NCBI GenBank assembly: GCA_040217195.1 | Contig: JAVJNR010000010.1 | Coordinates: 1-64,000 of the forward strand | Length of the DNA stretch: 64,000 nt | Direction: 5' to 3' | DNA from: Leptospiraceae bacterium | GTDB lineage: Bacteria > Spirochaetota > Leptospiria > Leptospirales > Leptonemataceae | Shown: positions 9,998 to 19,639 of the stretch, in pieces | How the letters are laid out: each line of letters starts with the position of its first letter | Position numbering within the stretch: the first letter of the stretch is position 1 | Position numbers and translations under genes: made by a program | The notes under the pieces: model-generated | Told to the model about the DNA's origin: nothing | The model's database searches: none | What the model saw: the letters and a program-made list of their open reading frames with translations, nothing else

Positions 9998-10859
9998 TTT
10001 CCTTCGAAAAGCAATTCAAAATCTTGGATACGGGCGCATAGGATAGCCGGTCCGATGGCCCTTCACGAAAGGGGACATACTGGCCGTTCCGGACGGTCGT
10101 CGTTAGAAGGGTGAGGATGTCTCCTTCTCCCATCAGGATCCGGCCTGGCACTGTGAACTCCACTTCTCCAGTCTCCAGGGGCATCATTGTTCGCTCGGTT
10201 CCCTCGCTCTTCATATCCATTGTCCTGTAGGCGACCTTGATGGGATTGAACACCCTGATGGCTGCGTTGACCAAACCGGTTTTCCGCTCCGCCAGGGTTA
10301 TATGCTGAAATCCAAAGCCGGTCCAGTTCAGGGGTGCGCCATCGATGTAGAGTTCATCTACGCCAATCAGAACCCCGTCAATCGGTAGATCCAGGCGTTC
10401 CGAGTTTTCGATGGGCAATTCTTGGAGGGTCATTCTTTCGACCAGGTCCACGTCATAGGCGGCGACAACTGCATGCCAGTCCTCCAGATACTCCTCCACC
10501 TGGATCCGCTCGGACTCTATACGCTTGATTGAGAGCGGTCTGCCTTCTCCTTCGCCCAGCCATTCCGTAGACTGCACTCCGGACACCGGTGCAAAACGGG
10601 GATAGATATAGTTCCCATCACAGTAGACCTTTTCATTCTCGATGGTTATGGAGTCCTGGAAAGACTTCACGTAGCCGTCTATGCAGGCACGGCAATCCGG
10701 TGTACGTTCCTCGGGAGGGCAGGGGCACGGCTGCAACCGGAACCAGAGCGCGGATTCTCCCTTGCGCTCGATTAAATCCTCGACTCCGACCGGGCTGAAG
10801 ATGTTGGGCCGGATGGTCGGGTTAAAGGCTGTAAATCCGCCCCTGCGTACCCTTCTCAT
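9762..10859 (-). CDS. Phage virion head-completion/neck protein
   Basis: IERKG...W...CPC...CxxC..GY pattern as in Herelleviridae head-completion proteins. Confidence 0.65.
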   Translation of the reverse strand: MRRVRRGGFTAFNPTIRPNIFSPVGVEDLIERKGESALWFRLQPCPCPPEERTPDCRACIDGYVKSFQDSITIENEKVYCDGNYIYPRFAPVSGVQSTEWLGEGEGRPLSIKRIESERIQVEEYLEDWHAVVAAYDVDLVERMTLQELPIENSERLDLPIDGVLIGVDELYIDGAPLNWTGFGFQHITLAERKTGLVNAAIRVFNPIKVAYRTMDMKSEGTERTMMPLETGEVEFTVPGRILMGEGDILTLLTTTVRNGQYVPFREGPSDRLSYAPVSKILNCFSKETDQHGRERLREYRVGRELILESSERVRWLIPKPRTGYTIMYEYHPSFRIQSDTTVSGSMDRTLPRIYKAKAASSYNPR

Positions 10860-10862
10860 GAA

Positions 10863-11156
10863 TCAGTCCTCTACCGGCCGGGCGATTCCTTTTCTTGCGA
10901 GCCGGTCGATGAAGGACCGGCGGTGCCGGATGGTCCGAGTTCCAATCCTGCGGACGATACGCCTGTGCTTTCGGGGGATCAGCGGATGGCGCATGTATAC
11001 GTCCTGCTCTGCATTGCTCCAGGGATCGACCAGGTCCAGATACTCCCTGTGAACTCGTTGTTTCAGTGTTGTGACCTTGATAAGGCCCGCCGTGCGCCAG
11101 CGTGACCCGAAGGCGCCGCGCCAGAGGGCCAGGGCAAAGCAGCGGATTCGTTTCAT
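10863..11156 (-). CDS. Hypothetical basic protein
   Basis: ATGA-coupled to the endolysin, GGAGG RBS. Confidence 0.6.
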   Translation of the reverse strand: MKRIRCFALALWRGAFGSRWRTAGLIKVTTLKQRVHREYLDLVDPWSNAEQDVYMRHPLIPRKHRRIVRRIGTRTIRHRRSFIDRLARKGIARPVED

Positions 11157-11722
11157 ATCAGAAACCCTCCGCCGGAAAGCCTCAGAAGGGGAGTATATCG
11201 CCGGGCCTCCTCAAGTAGGCTCATTGTCTCTTCCAGTTTCTGCTCAGGAGTCCTCTGCTTCAGGCGGTAGTACGCTGCACGGAATTTCCGGATGTAGGAA
11301 TAGGCCCGCTTCGGGATCCGGTATCCATTCCGTTTCACGGTTCCCGGGCCTGTGTAATAGCCTGCCAGGGCCAACGGTAATGAGCCGTTGAACTTGTCCA
11401 GGAGGTATCGCAGATAGGCAGTGCCGCAATGAACGTTATTTCTGGGCACGAAAAGCGCCCGGCCCCGGAGGCCGCAGAACCATGCTCCCGTCGCTGGCAT
11501 GATCTGCATGAGTCCAAGGGCTCCAGCATGGGAGATTGCATAGGGCCGATGAGAAGACTCGATTTCTGCGACAGCACGGACAATGTCCGGATCCAGTCCA
11601 TTCAAGAAGGCCGCTTCCAGGTATAAATCTCTTTGTGGTTCGGTGTCCGCTGCGGGGAGGGGATGCAGGCAAATGCCGATAAGCAGGGTTGCCAGCAAAG
11701 TCGTGAGAATAGTGCGATTCAT
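11153..11722 (-). CDS. SLT lytic transglycosylase (endolysin) with N-terminal signal
   Basis: AVAEIESS, GALGLMQIMPAT, GTAYL, LALAGYYTG motifs; GGAGG RBS. Confidence 0.92.
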   Translation of the reverse strand: MNRTILTTLLATLLIGICLHPLPAADTEPQRDLYLEAAFLNGLDPDIVRAVAEIESSHRPYAISHAGALGLMQIMPATGAWFCGLRGRALFVPRNNVHCGTAYLRYLLDKFNGSLPLALAGYYTGPGTVKRNGYRIPKRAYSYIRKFRAAYYRLKQRTPEQKLEETMSLLEEARRYTPLLRLSGGGFLI

Positions 11723-11766
11723 AGGGCACCTCCGGTTGCCGTTCGGAATTTCCGAACGTGGATGGC

Positions 11767-13422
11767 TTACCCTACAACAACCGGAAATCTTCGGGCAATA
11801 TACTCCCGCACCCAGGACGGTCGGTCATCATGGGCCGGATCCTCGCAAGCGCAGGTCCGCTCATGCCAGACACCGCGCACTTCCATAGGAGCGATCCGAG
11901 ATTTCCCGTAGTATTCTTCTTCGGCCTTCTGTTGGCGTTCGGCCATGCGCCTGTCCAGGTCCGCAAAGTGCTCGCTGAAGTCGTAGTCTTCTTCATCCGG
12001 GGGCTCCCAGGATTGGTAGCTGTGATTGCAGTTAGGGTGGACCGGTGTGCAGATCCACCAGTCTGAATAATGCCGGTTGGCGTTCGTCTTGCCGGGCCAG
12101 ACCGCATACTCTGCGTAGGGATCATTCTGCATCAGATCGCCGCCAGCATAGAATTCCGACCGTGCAAACTCCGCGTAGCTGGCAAAGACTCGCAGGATGG
12201 GTTGGGAGGCTTCCCACTCTCGGCAATACTCGCACATCTTTGGAACGAGGCCTGCTTTCTGGACCTGGTAGGGCGGCGGGGTTTTCTGTTTGATTTTGTT
12301 GAATCCTGCCGTATTATTTTCGATACCGGCCAAGTGGGAGCCTGGTGAACTACTGGTTATAGTGCCCGGGGTCGGTGGTAGATGCCGGTTCGGCGATCCA
12401 GGCTCATCCCGCTCCTTGGTGGTGGGACTGGCTTCATAGATCACTCGGGGTAGTGATGATTTCTGTTGACTGTTTCCGGGTTTTTTGCGATCATTATTTT
12501 GATCGGCCAAACTGGAATCGCCTGGGCTCCCGGGGGAATTAGAGGCGTGGGTCGACGCCTGATTCGCGGGCTGTAGTCCAGGCTTTTCCTCTACTTTGTG
12601 AGTATAAAACATGAGTACTTCTTGCCGGTTACGATCCACCGTTCGGCAGACAATGTCCACCTTTCGCTTTTTTCCATCGATTATAGCTTCTGCAGAAAAG
12701 TAATCTATTCCGTAGACGTTAGTGCGTCCCCTTGAATCTGGGGCCGCTCCTGTTTTTTTGGCCGTTGCAACTAATGCAGGCAACGACGGGACGACGGCAA
12801 AGTCAGATGTAGTCCTTTGCTCGCTGAGTGCCTTCTTGAATCCTCTGTTTGAAGGAAAAGTGATTTCAGACCCCGTGGAAAGATTCAGGACCTTACTCTC
12901 GGTGAATCTTTGCGCTGCCTTGCTGGCCCTTTCCCGTGCTGCTTTATGACTTAAATGCCTCCATTCGTCCGTGGAAATGCTAATGTTGCCAGAGGTGGCA
13001 TCGTAACCTTGCAGCTCCGAAAGATACTTAGGTTTCCCCGACGGCCAGTAACCGACCACAATTCCGCCGCGCGATCCGGGGCCGCTTTCCTCGGATTTCG
13101 TAATATCGAAGATAACACGGGGCAGGCCTGATTTCTGTTGACTTTCGCTGAAATTCTTGCCACTCTCGATACTGAGGCTGGAATCAGAGAATCCCGCTGA
13201 TTCACCGTCATCGGCATCGGGGCCCATCTTGCCGTCAGCCTCACCTCCTTTATCAATTTCCCATTGACCCTTGACGGAAAATGGTACATCCATAGAATCA
13301 GGAAGGTCAGAGGCAGCATACAGTGCTTCCGGGTAACTCTGAAGAATGCCAATCCTGCTCTTCAGGGCCTCCTTTTCTCTTTCACGGTCTCTGTGGTGTC
13401 CGGATTCACGTGAATATAACAT
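11767..13422 (-). CDS. MuF C-terminal part fused to an LPD3-like polyvalent domain
   Basis: GSRGGIVVGYWPSGKPKY motif; LPD3-like VLNLSTG...DSRGRTNV...IDGK...FYTH; CEYC...VHPNCNH MuF terminus; ATG at 13422 follows GAGG. Confidence 0.7.
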   Translation of the reverse strand: MLYSRESGHHRDREREKEALKSRIGILQSYPEALYAASDLPDSMDVPFSVKGQWEIDKGGEADGKMGPDADDGESAGFSDSSLSIESGKNFSESQQKSGLPRVIFDITKSEESGPGSRGGIVVGYWPSGKPKYLSELQGYDATSGNISISTDEWRHLSHKAARERASKAAQRFTESKVLNLSTGSEITFPSNRGFKKALSEQRTTSDFAVVPSLPALVATAKKTGAAPDSRGRTNVYGIDYFSAEAIIDGKKRKVDIVCRTVDRNRQEVLMFYTHKVEEKPGLQPANQASTHASNSPGSPGDSSLADQNNDRKKPGNSQQKSSLPRVIYEASPTTKERDEPGSPNRHLPPTPGTITSSSPGSHLAGIENNTAGFNKIKQKTPPPYQVQKAGLVPKMCEYCREWEASQPILRVFASYAEFARSEFYAGGDLMQNDPYAEYAVWPGKTNANRHYSDWWICTPVHPNCNHSYQSWEPPDEEDYDFSEHFADLDRRMAERQQKAEEEYYGKSRIAPMEVRGVWHERTCACEDPAHDDRPSWVREYIARRFPVVVG

Positions 13423-14287
13423 ACTTCCCGCCCTCATGGACTTGCTGCAGTAGTAGGCCGTTGTTGAATGATATTGCTGCCTCGGTAACAGCCACGCGGA
13501 CCATGTCACGGTTCAGGTGCTTAAGCATGAGCTCCTGGAATCCCTTCTCATCGATGGATCCGTCAGGATTGATATACCTTCCGGACTGTGCTTCCGTACT
13601 GGCGTAGATCAGTTCCTGGCGGATCTCATCCAGGGACAGATCATTGTCTATAGCGATCTGCACGATGTCGCGCACCATGTCCCTGGTAACCTCGTAGCTG
13701 CGGCCTGCCCTCTGGCCGTTTTCGTCGTAGATGGCAAGCCAGCGGGCTCCCTCGGACTCATTGAAGATGGAGGCGTAGATTGAGGATTTCCGGACGCCGG
13801 TCTTTTCCAGGAAGTCGTCCAGGTTTCCCAGACCTGCGTATCCTTCGGATTGCATCTCCGAGTCCAGGTCCTGGAGGCTCAATTCCTTCAGTCGGTTCAG
13901 GTCGAATCCCTTGCGCTGGAAGTGCTGGGCGATCATTCCGAGCACGGTACCCTTGTAGTTCTCGCCCCGGTAGACTTCGTTGTAGTTCACCCGGAGCCAG
14001 TCGAAGGCCTCCGATTCGTATTCATTCAGGGAATCTTCATCCAGCTCGGTGCCAACCTGGATTGATGGGGCAGGGAAGGGAATCCGCTCCATGAGGCGTC
14101 CCAGGAAGCCGTTGGCCCGCTTCCAGACATCGCCGAGCATGGATTTGTTGACCTGTATGCGGGAGACGGTCCCGCCTACAAGGGTCGCCTGCATCCAGGC
14201 ATAGTACTCCAGCCAGGCGTATTGCCATTCCCGGAGAAACCTGAAAGGCAGGAACGGACCCTCGAACTGTTCGCGTTTCTCTGCCAA
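13406..14287 (-). CDS. MuF-like head morphogenesis protein, N-terminal part
   Basis: LNRDMVRVAVTEAAISFNNG motif near the end; stops before the CxxC/HPNC motifs. Confidence 0.65.
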   Translation of the reverse strand: MAEKREQFEGPFLPFRFLREWQYAWLEYYAWMQATLVGGTVSRIQVNKSMLGDVWKRANGFLGRLMERIPFPAPSIQVGTELDEDSLNEYESEAFDWLRVNYNEVYRGENYKGTVLGMIAQHFQRKGFDLNRLKELSLQDLDSEMQSEGYAGLGNLDDFLEKTGVRKSSIYASIFNESEGARWLAIYDENGQRAGRSYEVTRDMVRDIVQIAIDNDLSLDEIRQELIYASTEAQSGRYINPDGSIDEKGFQELMLKHLNRDMVRVAVTEAAISFNNGLLLQQVHEGGKYVIFT

Positions 14288-14291
14288 CGCC

Positions 14292-14603
14292 TTAGTTGCG
14301 CAGTTCGGCCTCGATTGCTCTCACAGCCAGATTCAATGCTGTGGCGGGCGGCAATTTCTGGGTAGCATAGGACTGGATCTTGCTCCAGAGCCGCTGCTGG
14401 ATGAAATCGTCCAGGCTGGAAATGTGGTCTGCCAGGACGCTCGCATAGCTGGCCGCTTGCTCGGATTCCTTCTCAGGCTCGGGCTCCGGATCCGGCGGCA
14501 CTCCTTCAGTGCTTTCGGTTTCCTGCTCGGTATCCTCTGCAGGGATTTCCGGATTCCCTGGCTCCGATTGCTGAATGTCTTCGGCTTGTGTTTCGTTTTC
14601 CAT
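14292..14603 (-). CDS. Hypothetical protein with acidic N-terminus
   Basis: ORF preceded by the CCGAT motif and abutting the MuF gene. Confidence 0.75.
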   Translation of the reverse strand: MENETQAEDIQQSEPGNPEIPAEDTEQETESTEGVPPDPEPEPEKESEQAASYASVLADHISSLDDFIQQRLWSKIQSYATQKLPPATALNLAVRAIEAELRN

Positions 14604-14634
14604 GGCTGGATACTATCGACTTCTGGATTATCGG
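14604..14634 (-). promoter_or_regulatory. Putative leaderless late promoter
   Basis: CCGAT-N14-TAGTAT-N6-ATG. Confidence 0.75.
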
Positions 14635-14919
14635 GCAGCCATTGAGTCCGAGCGACTGGCCTATTCCGGGCCAAAGCCTCTGGCGGTAATTTATTGTGGC
14701 TTTGGATGTACGTTTTGCTTTCCTGAATACCATGGAAGAAATGGAAAAGAAGGACCAGACTATAAATGAACCGTTGGAAACAAATTCCGAGGAAAGCCTG
14801 CTTGTTGAGCCGAGTAACCCAGACCCAAATGCAATAAATGTGGAACCAAATCCAGAGCCCAGCGGTACGAGTCTAAACGAACCCAATGAGGTTGAAAAAA
14901 AAGGGGAATCATTGAATGG

Positions 14920-16632
14920 TTAATGTCCCCTTAGTCGTGGATCATTCGGTCCATCGTAGCCCAGCTTTCGCAACAGGCTATCATACTGCCTGCTCTGAAT
15001 GGTGTTCTTTCGTCTTTCCTGCACCTGCCTTGCGGTGTTCTGGTTAGGCTGCTCTTTGGGCTTTGATGCCCGTATTCCCGGCATCTCCCGAATTAGACGG
15101 ACTCCCATCTCCAGAGCGTCCGGCCCGTCCTTGTGTCGGTAGGGGAATTCGTTTAGCTGCTGAAAAAGCGTTTCGGAGTCATCGCGAAGCAATAGAAGGC
15201 CGGAGGCTACCAACGGCTGCAGTGCGCCCATGATCCTGGCTTCCTTGTCGGAGGTGTTGGACAGCTCCACAATCGGTATGGTTATCTTCTTGGCACTGGC
15301 CTTATTGAACTCAGATACCAATCGCCGGAAGTTCAGGAGGAAGTATTCCTGGTTGGCGTTGCTTTCGATGCCGCAGATATTCCAGGGGAGCGTCTGGAGT
15401 GCCAGCATTAGATCCCGTTCGATAGCATCCGGTCGCCGCCTCTGGATGTCGGAGTAGACTTCGTAGAACTTCCCATCCGGACCGAGACCCACGCCTATTA
15501 TGGCGCTGTAGTCTGATTTCTCGGACTTGCCGAGGGATAGGTCCACGGCAAGTGCAAGCGTCCAGTCACTCCAGCTCGGGGCAGGTGGGAAACGGTACCT
15601 CTGGATTAGGCCTTTGAATCGCTGATCTACTTCGGCCAGCGGTTCGTTCTGTCGTTCCTGGGCGAATCCGATGGGATCCTGTGCCCGTTCTTCCTGGAGT
15701 GCCTTCAGTGGCCATGTCTGCGGCCAGGTGGAGAACTCGTTTCCGTCTTCATCCACCTCGATGGCCTTGAACTTCTTGCGGTCCCAGTGCCCGTACTTCT
15801 GGTTATCCGTGAATATCTGCTCACCGACGCAATTCGGGGCAATGGTGGTGTAAGCCACGATTACATCCAGGCCCCAGGCTCCGCCCAGGCGCAGGGCCGC
15901 GCGGTCCAGCCACCGCATCTTGCGGACCATGGTCGATTCGCTGGCAACGTCCTTCTCTTCATCCGGGTCATCGATAAGCAGTGCATCCGGCCTGGACTCT
16001 TTTCGTCGCTTACCGCGGATACTGTTCAGGAATCCCTTCGCCAGGATCCGGGCTCCGCCCTGGAATACGATGTCTCCGTCTTTCCAGGAAACGGTCTGGC
16101 CCTTCTGGTCCTTCTTCGGTCGCAGCTCCGGGTAATGCTCCAGGAGCACTGCATTGTCCTCGCATTCGTCGATGATCGCCTGCAGGAATCCTTTTGCAGA
16201 TTCGAGGCTGCTGGAAATGATTATGGGGAAGTTCCATGTCCGTGTGAGAATGAGCCAGAGCGTGCCGCAGAGCGTCAGTACGGTGGATTTACCGAATCCA
16301 CGGGAGAGGGCTCGGGTCATCTTCACCGGATCCCTTTGCCGTCCCCGTAAGGCCTGAATGTCTTCGATCAACGCTTTTTGCTGGGGGCCGAACGGGCTTC
16401 CAAAGTAGTGCCCGAAGTAGTGCCGAAGGAAGAAATGGAACTGCCCGCGCTTGCCCGTTGCCCTGCGCCTGCAGACGGACTTCTCCCGGTTTGCAGACTC
16501 GGTAATCTGGCCCGCATATTCCCGTTCCACTCTCCGAAATGCCAGCTCAAGAACCTGCGGAGGAAAGCGATTCAGTCCGGAAGACCCCAGCTCCGAAAGG
16601 ATCCTCTGTCTAATTGACTGATTCGATGCCAT
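14920..16632 (-). CDS. terL: Terminase large subunit
   Basis: SRGFGKST Walker A, LLIDD Walker B, AVDLS and HKDGPDAL nuclease motifs. Confidence 0.93.
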   Translation of the reverse strand: MASNQSIRQRILSELGSSGLNRFPPQVLELAFRRVEREYAGQITESANREKSVCRRRATGKRGQFHFFLRHYFGHYFGSPFGPQQKALIEDIQALRGRQRDPVKMTRALSRGFGKSTVLTLCGTLWLILTRTWNFPIIISSSLESAKGFLQAIIDECEDNAVLLEHYPELRPKKDQKGQTVSWKDGDIVFQGGARILAKGFLNSIRGKRRKESRPDALLIDDPDEEKDVASESTMVRKMRWLDRAALRLGGAWGLDVIVAYTTIAPNCVGEQIFTDNQKYGHWDRKKFKAIEVDEDGNEFSTWPQTWPLKALQEERAQDPIGFAQERQNEPLAEVDQRFKGLIQRYRFPPAPSWSDWTLALAVDLSLGKSEKSDYSAIIGVGLGPDGKFYEVYSDIQRRRPDAIERDLMLALQTLPWNICGIESNANQEYFLLNFRRLVSEFNKASAKKITIPIVELSNTSDKEARIMGALQPLVASGLLLLRDDSETLFQQLNEFPYRHKDGPDALEMGVRLIREMPGIRASKPKEQPNQNTARQVQERRKNTIQSRQYDSLLRKLGYDGPNDPRLRGH

Positions 16633-17194
16633 GCTTGGATAGGATGTTGGCCATGATTCCAGCGGCCTCCTGGATGGCTTTTTCTCTGTCCGCCTGTTCG
16701 TCCGTCACGTAGAGCAGGCCGGTGCGTTCCAGGTAGCGGAGGGCAATGGCATTATCCTGGGGGCTCTGTCGCTCAAAGGATTTCCGGAGAGCTGCTCTGG
16801 CCATCCTTGCAGTGATCCTTGCCTCGGCGAGAAGGTCCCCATCCTCTTCATCCAGAAGGAACTTCACAGCTTCGATGAACGCGGTTTTCTTCCTCCAGCG
16901 GTAGAGGGTTCTCCGATCTATTTTGAGCGTCTTGGCGATCTTCTTGAAATTGATACCAGAAGCCACCAGCTCTGCAGCCCGCGCTTCATCCTCCTTTAAT
17001 CCAGGGAAGCTGAAGGCCGTCTCCTTTAGTGCTGGCTTTTGTTCTGCCTTTGTAGACCGTTTTGACTTCTTTGCAGCACTCTTTTCGTTCCCAGTCTTTG
17101 CATTGTTTCGTGAGACAGTTTTTGGGACATCTGGGACATCGCTTTGATTTGTTGCCCTTTTCTTTTGTACTGCGGCCTTCTTGCTTCGTGCCAT
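16610..17194 (-). CDS. Probable terminase small subunit (HTH)
   Basis: IAKTLKIDRRTLYRW HTH; overlaps the terL start. Confidence 0.75.
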   Translation of the reverse strand: MARSKKAAVQKKRATNQSDVPDVPKTVSRNNAKTGNEKSAAKKSKRSTKAEQKPALKETAFSFPGLKEDEARAAELVASGINFKKIAKTLKIDRRTLYRWRKKTAFIEAVKFLLDEEDGDLLAEARITARMARAALRKSFERQSPQDNAIALRYLERTGLLYVTDEQADREKAIQEAAGIMANILSKHGIESVN

Positions 17195-17196
17195 GA

Positions 17197-17571
17197 TTAG
17201 ATCCTTTCGATTGTGATTGCTACCCTGCCACCCTGGGCACGGTGTACGTCGCCGCGATATACATGGATTTCGGAAATCTGAGAGTCATCCGAGTAGAGAA
17301 CATCATTCCCCAGGGCGTCCAGTAGCGCCTTCAGGGAATTGTCTATGTCTCTCTTGCGCCGGTCCGGTGGGAACAGAATGGCAATGACCCTCAGAGGATC
17401 TGGATCCTTGAAGACGTGGCCCCTGGTCTTGGATAAGACGGGATACCGGACCGCTTCTTTATAGCTCCGGCCCTTTGCGGAGAGGACCATTTTCCCACGG
17501 TATTTTCTCCAGTAGGTATTGACCGTGGGAGGGTAGGGAAGGTCCAGTGATATGCGTTTCCGCTTTGCCAT
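17197..17571 (-). CDS. rusA: RusA-family Holliday junction resolvase
   Basis: LPYPPTVNTYWR, PPDRRKRDIDN, KALLDAL, DDSQI. Confidence 0.95.
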   Translation of the reverse strand: MAKRKRISLDLPYPPTVNTYWRKYRGKMVLSAKGRSYKEAVRYPVLSKTRGHVFKDPDPLRVIAILFPPDRRKRDIDNSLKALLDALGNDVLYSDDSQISEIHVYRGDVHRAQGGRVAITIERI

Positions 17572-17600
17572 TCAGCGAGCCTCTGAAGCGTCCTTTCTCA

Positions 17601-17708
17601 CTATTCCCATCCTTCCAGAATGCAGCGAATGCCAATAATTACCAGAGTCGTTATGCCGCCGCCAATAGCCCCTCCCAGGGCCGCGTATGCGATTGTCTCC
17701 CAGATCAT
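17601..17708 (-). CDS. 35-aa single-TM peptide (not in the ORF track)
   Basis: MIWETIAYAALGGAIGGGITTLVIIGIRCILEGWE; GGAGG RBS; fills the gap between genes. Confidence 0.6.
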   Translation of the reverse strand: MIWETIAYAALGGAIGGGITTLVIIGIRCILEGWE

Positions 17709-17732
17709 TTCAAGTATCCTCCCTCTGTTGCG

Positions 17733-18596
17733 TTACCTTAATCCACGAACTTCTTCGCGGTAATCCTGGACCTGCTGTAGAATTGAGTTTGCAGCTTCAT
17801 ACATCCCGGCTTCCACCTCCGCCAGGTAGGATTGCGAGATCCCGAGAGCGTGGGCAAGACCGGACTGGGTAAGCCCGAGCTGCTTGCGGATGGTTCGGAT
17901 CTCCAGGCCGGTTGCGCTGTAACGTGAGTCCCGCTCCCAGTACCGTGAGCGCGCTTTCTTTAAGCTGTCAGAGAGGACTGCCTGCATCTTATCCGGACCT
18001 GAATTGATCTGCTGGCTGTGCAGGGATACCTGACAGATGTAGAGGCCGTCTCCGGCATCGATCAGGTTCACCTTTGCCTTGCGGTATTTTGAGCGCCATT
18101 CCTGGGCGACCATTTCCTGAGTGACCTTTTCGCTCGTTTCGCCACGGATGTAGGAGAGATCCTTGAGGACCGTATTTTCGGAGATCCCGATTTCCGGTGC
18201 AATCTCTCTCACTCTCTTTCGGGTTATTCGGGCCTCCAGGTCCCAGAACTCCGGCGCGATTCTCTCATAGATGCGGTTGCGGATCCTGCGAGTAACCGAC
18301 TGCCGACCGGTGTTGGATCGAATGAGCTTTCCTATGCTGCTTTTCAGGGGGATATCACGGATCTTTCCGGGGATCCTGATCCATTCGAGCAGTTTGCAGG
18401 CCTTGACCCGTTTGTGTCCGGAGATTATATATCCTTCTCGGTTTACGAGAATCGGCTCTTCCAGGCCATCCCGGGCAATGGAAGCGGCCAGATTCTTGAT
18501 GAATTGTGCACTGGCCTTGAATATGTAATTGTCTGGATGCTCTTTGAGATCGGCGATATCCAGATCCACGACCTTTTCGGCATGGTGGCTCTTCAA
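17733..18596 (-). CDS. ParB/Srx N-terminal domain protein with C-terminal XRE HTH
   Basis: LAASIARDGLEEPILV...ISGHKRVKA; IRKQLGLTQSGLAHALGISQSYLAEVEAG; TTG start after GGAGG. Confidence 0.8.
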   Translation of the reverse strand: MKSHHAEKVVDLDIADLKEHPDNYIFKASAQFIKNLAASIARDGLEEPILVNREGYIISGHKRVKACKLLEWIRIPGKIRDIPLKSSIGKLIRSNTGRQSVTRRIRNRIYERIAPEFWDLEARITRKRVREIAPEIGISENTVLKDLSYIRGETSEKVTQEMVAQEWRSKYRKAKVNLIDAGDGLYICQVSLHSQQINSGPDKMQAVLSDSLKKARSRYWERDSRYSATGLEIRTIRKQLGLTQSGLAHALGISQSYLAEVEAGMYEAANSILQQVQDYREEVRGLR

Positions 18597-18639
18597 TGTG
18601 TTCTGCCTCCCATACCCGGTATTCTTCTGATTTTTTCGT

Positions 18640-18996
18640 TTATCGGGCAATGTCTCGACTGGCAATGTTCTTCGCTCCTGATCTGTATAATTCAATCTCC
18701 GGGATGGCGTCCTTCCCACGAACCTCCGATCCACCCGCATACTGGATATAGGCGCAGGCTACTTGGCCATGTCCGCAGCAGGCGTTGATTGCTCCGGGAA
18801 TGTGCCCAATGCAGCCATCAAATCCTTCAGCGGTTCGATTAAGGCCGCAAAATCCGCACGGCCGGGATTGCCATTCATTGGTTGTGAGTGCATCGTTATC
18901 GAGGTAGCGATACTGCTCGCCGTCCCAGTAGATTGGGTGGCCTCTAAGCAGCCCATCGCTCCTAACTGGCATTGATTCCCCCCGGGTTTTCTCCAC
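18640..18996 (-). CDS. Hypothetical Cys-containing phage protein
   Basis: CGFC, DGCIG, NACCGHG; part of a tightly packed operon. Confidence 0.65.
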   Translation of the reverse strand: MEKTRGESMPVRSDGLLRGHPIYWDGEQYRYLDNDALTTNEWQSRPCGFCGLNRTAEGFDGCIGHIPGAINACCGHGQVACAYIQYAGGSEVRGKDAIPEIELYRSGAKNIASRDIAR

Positions 18997-19264
18997 TTGA
19001 AAGGCCGAGGTCTATCTTTGCCCGGCGCAACATATCGCCCATGTCTTTCGCCCGGGGATCGCGCTTATTGTCTATGTCCGCACAGGCATCCGCGTGAGCC
19101 CAGCCAACTCCGTAGATGACTGCTTTGGCTATCTGCTGCTCCAGCCTATCCAGGCACTCCGTCGTCGGGTAGATTCCTTCCGGCGAAGGCGTATCGAGCA
19201 TTTCACTGACGATCCTTGAAAGGTCTCTTCTCCAATCTGTTACACTTAGAGTTTCTTCATTCAT
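18962..19264 (-). CDS. Hypothetical phage protein
   Basis: Operon packing. Confidence 0.65.
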   Translation of the reverse strand: MNEETLSVTDWRRDLSRIVSEMLDTPSPEGIYPTTECLDRLEQQIAKAVIYGVGWAHADACADIDNKRDPRAKDMGDMLRRAKIDLGLSSGENPGGINAS

Positions 19265-19270
19265 TTCTTT

Positions 19271-19639
19271 TTACCATCCTTTCATTACTAATGGTTCCAG
19301 CATGGCTGCCTCTCTATCGAGGCCATGATCCAGAAGCCAGAGCCACTTATCTCGAACCGCAATCTGCTTATCATAGCATTGCGGGTTTCCTGGCCATGAG
19401 TGCCAGAACCGGTGGAGCGTTGTTATCCATTCGGGATCATAGGCGCAGTAATCCCGATGCGGAAATCTTCGGGGGAGCAGATGCGCTGAATCGCAGGGCT
19501 TCCCGCCGGTCTTTCTGCAGCGGCCCCCGTTCAGCTTCTTGCGTTTCCGCATTGCCCATTCGGTCTTCATGGAGAGCTTTGCGAACTCCGGGAAGTCCGG
19601 GTATATCTCGGCAAGGCGCTGGGAGTGCGTCAGGAGCAT
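19271..19639 (-). CDS. Hypothetical protein, possibly HNH/NinG-like
   Basis: CRKTG, CDSAHLLPR, TLHRFWH pattern. Confidence 0.5.
   Translation of the reverse strand: MLLTHSQRLAEIYPDFPEFAKLSMKTEWAMRKRKKLNGGRCRKTGGKPCDSAHLLPRRFPHRDYCAYDPEWITTLHRFWHSWPGNPQCYDKQIAVRDKWLWLLDHGLDREAAMLEPLVMKGW

Noticed and set aside
12250..13405. Intron or intein in MuF
   Set aside because: No intein terminal residues or recognisable intron core or homing endonuclease; the insert is open and in frame with the MuF C-terminus. A covariance search was not run.
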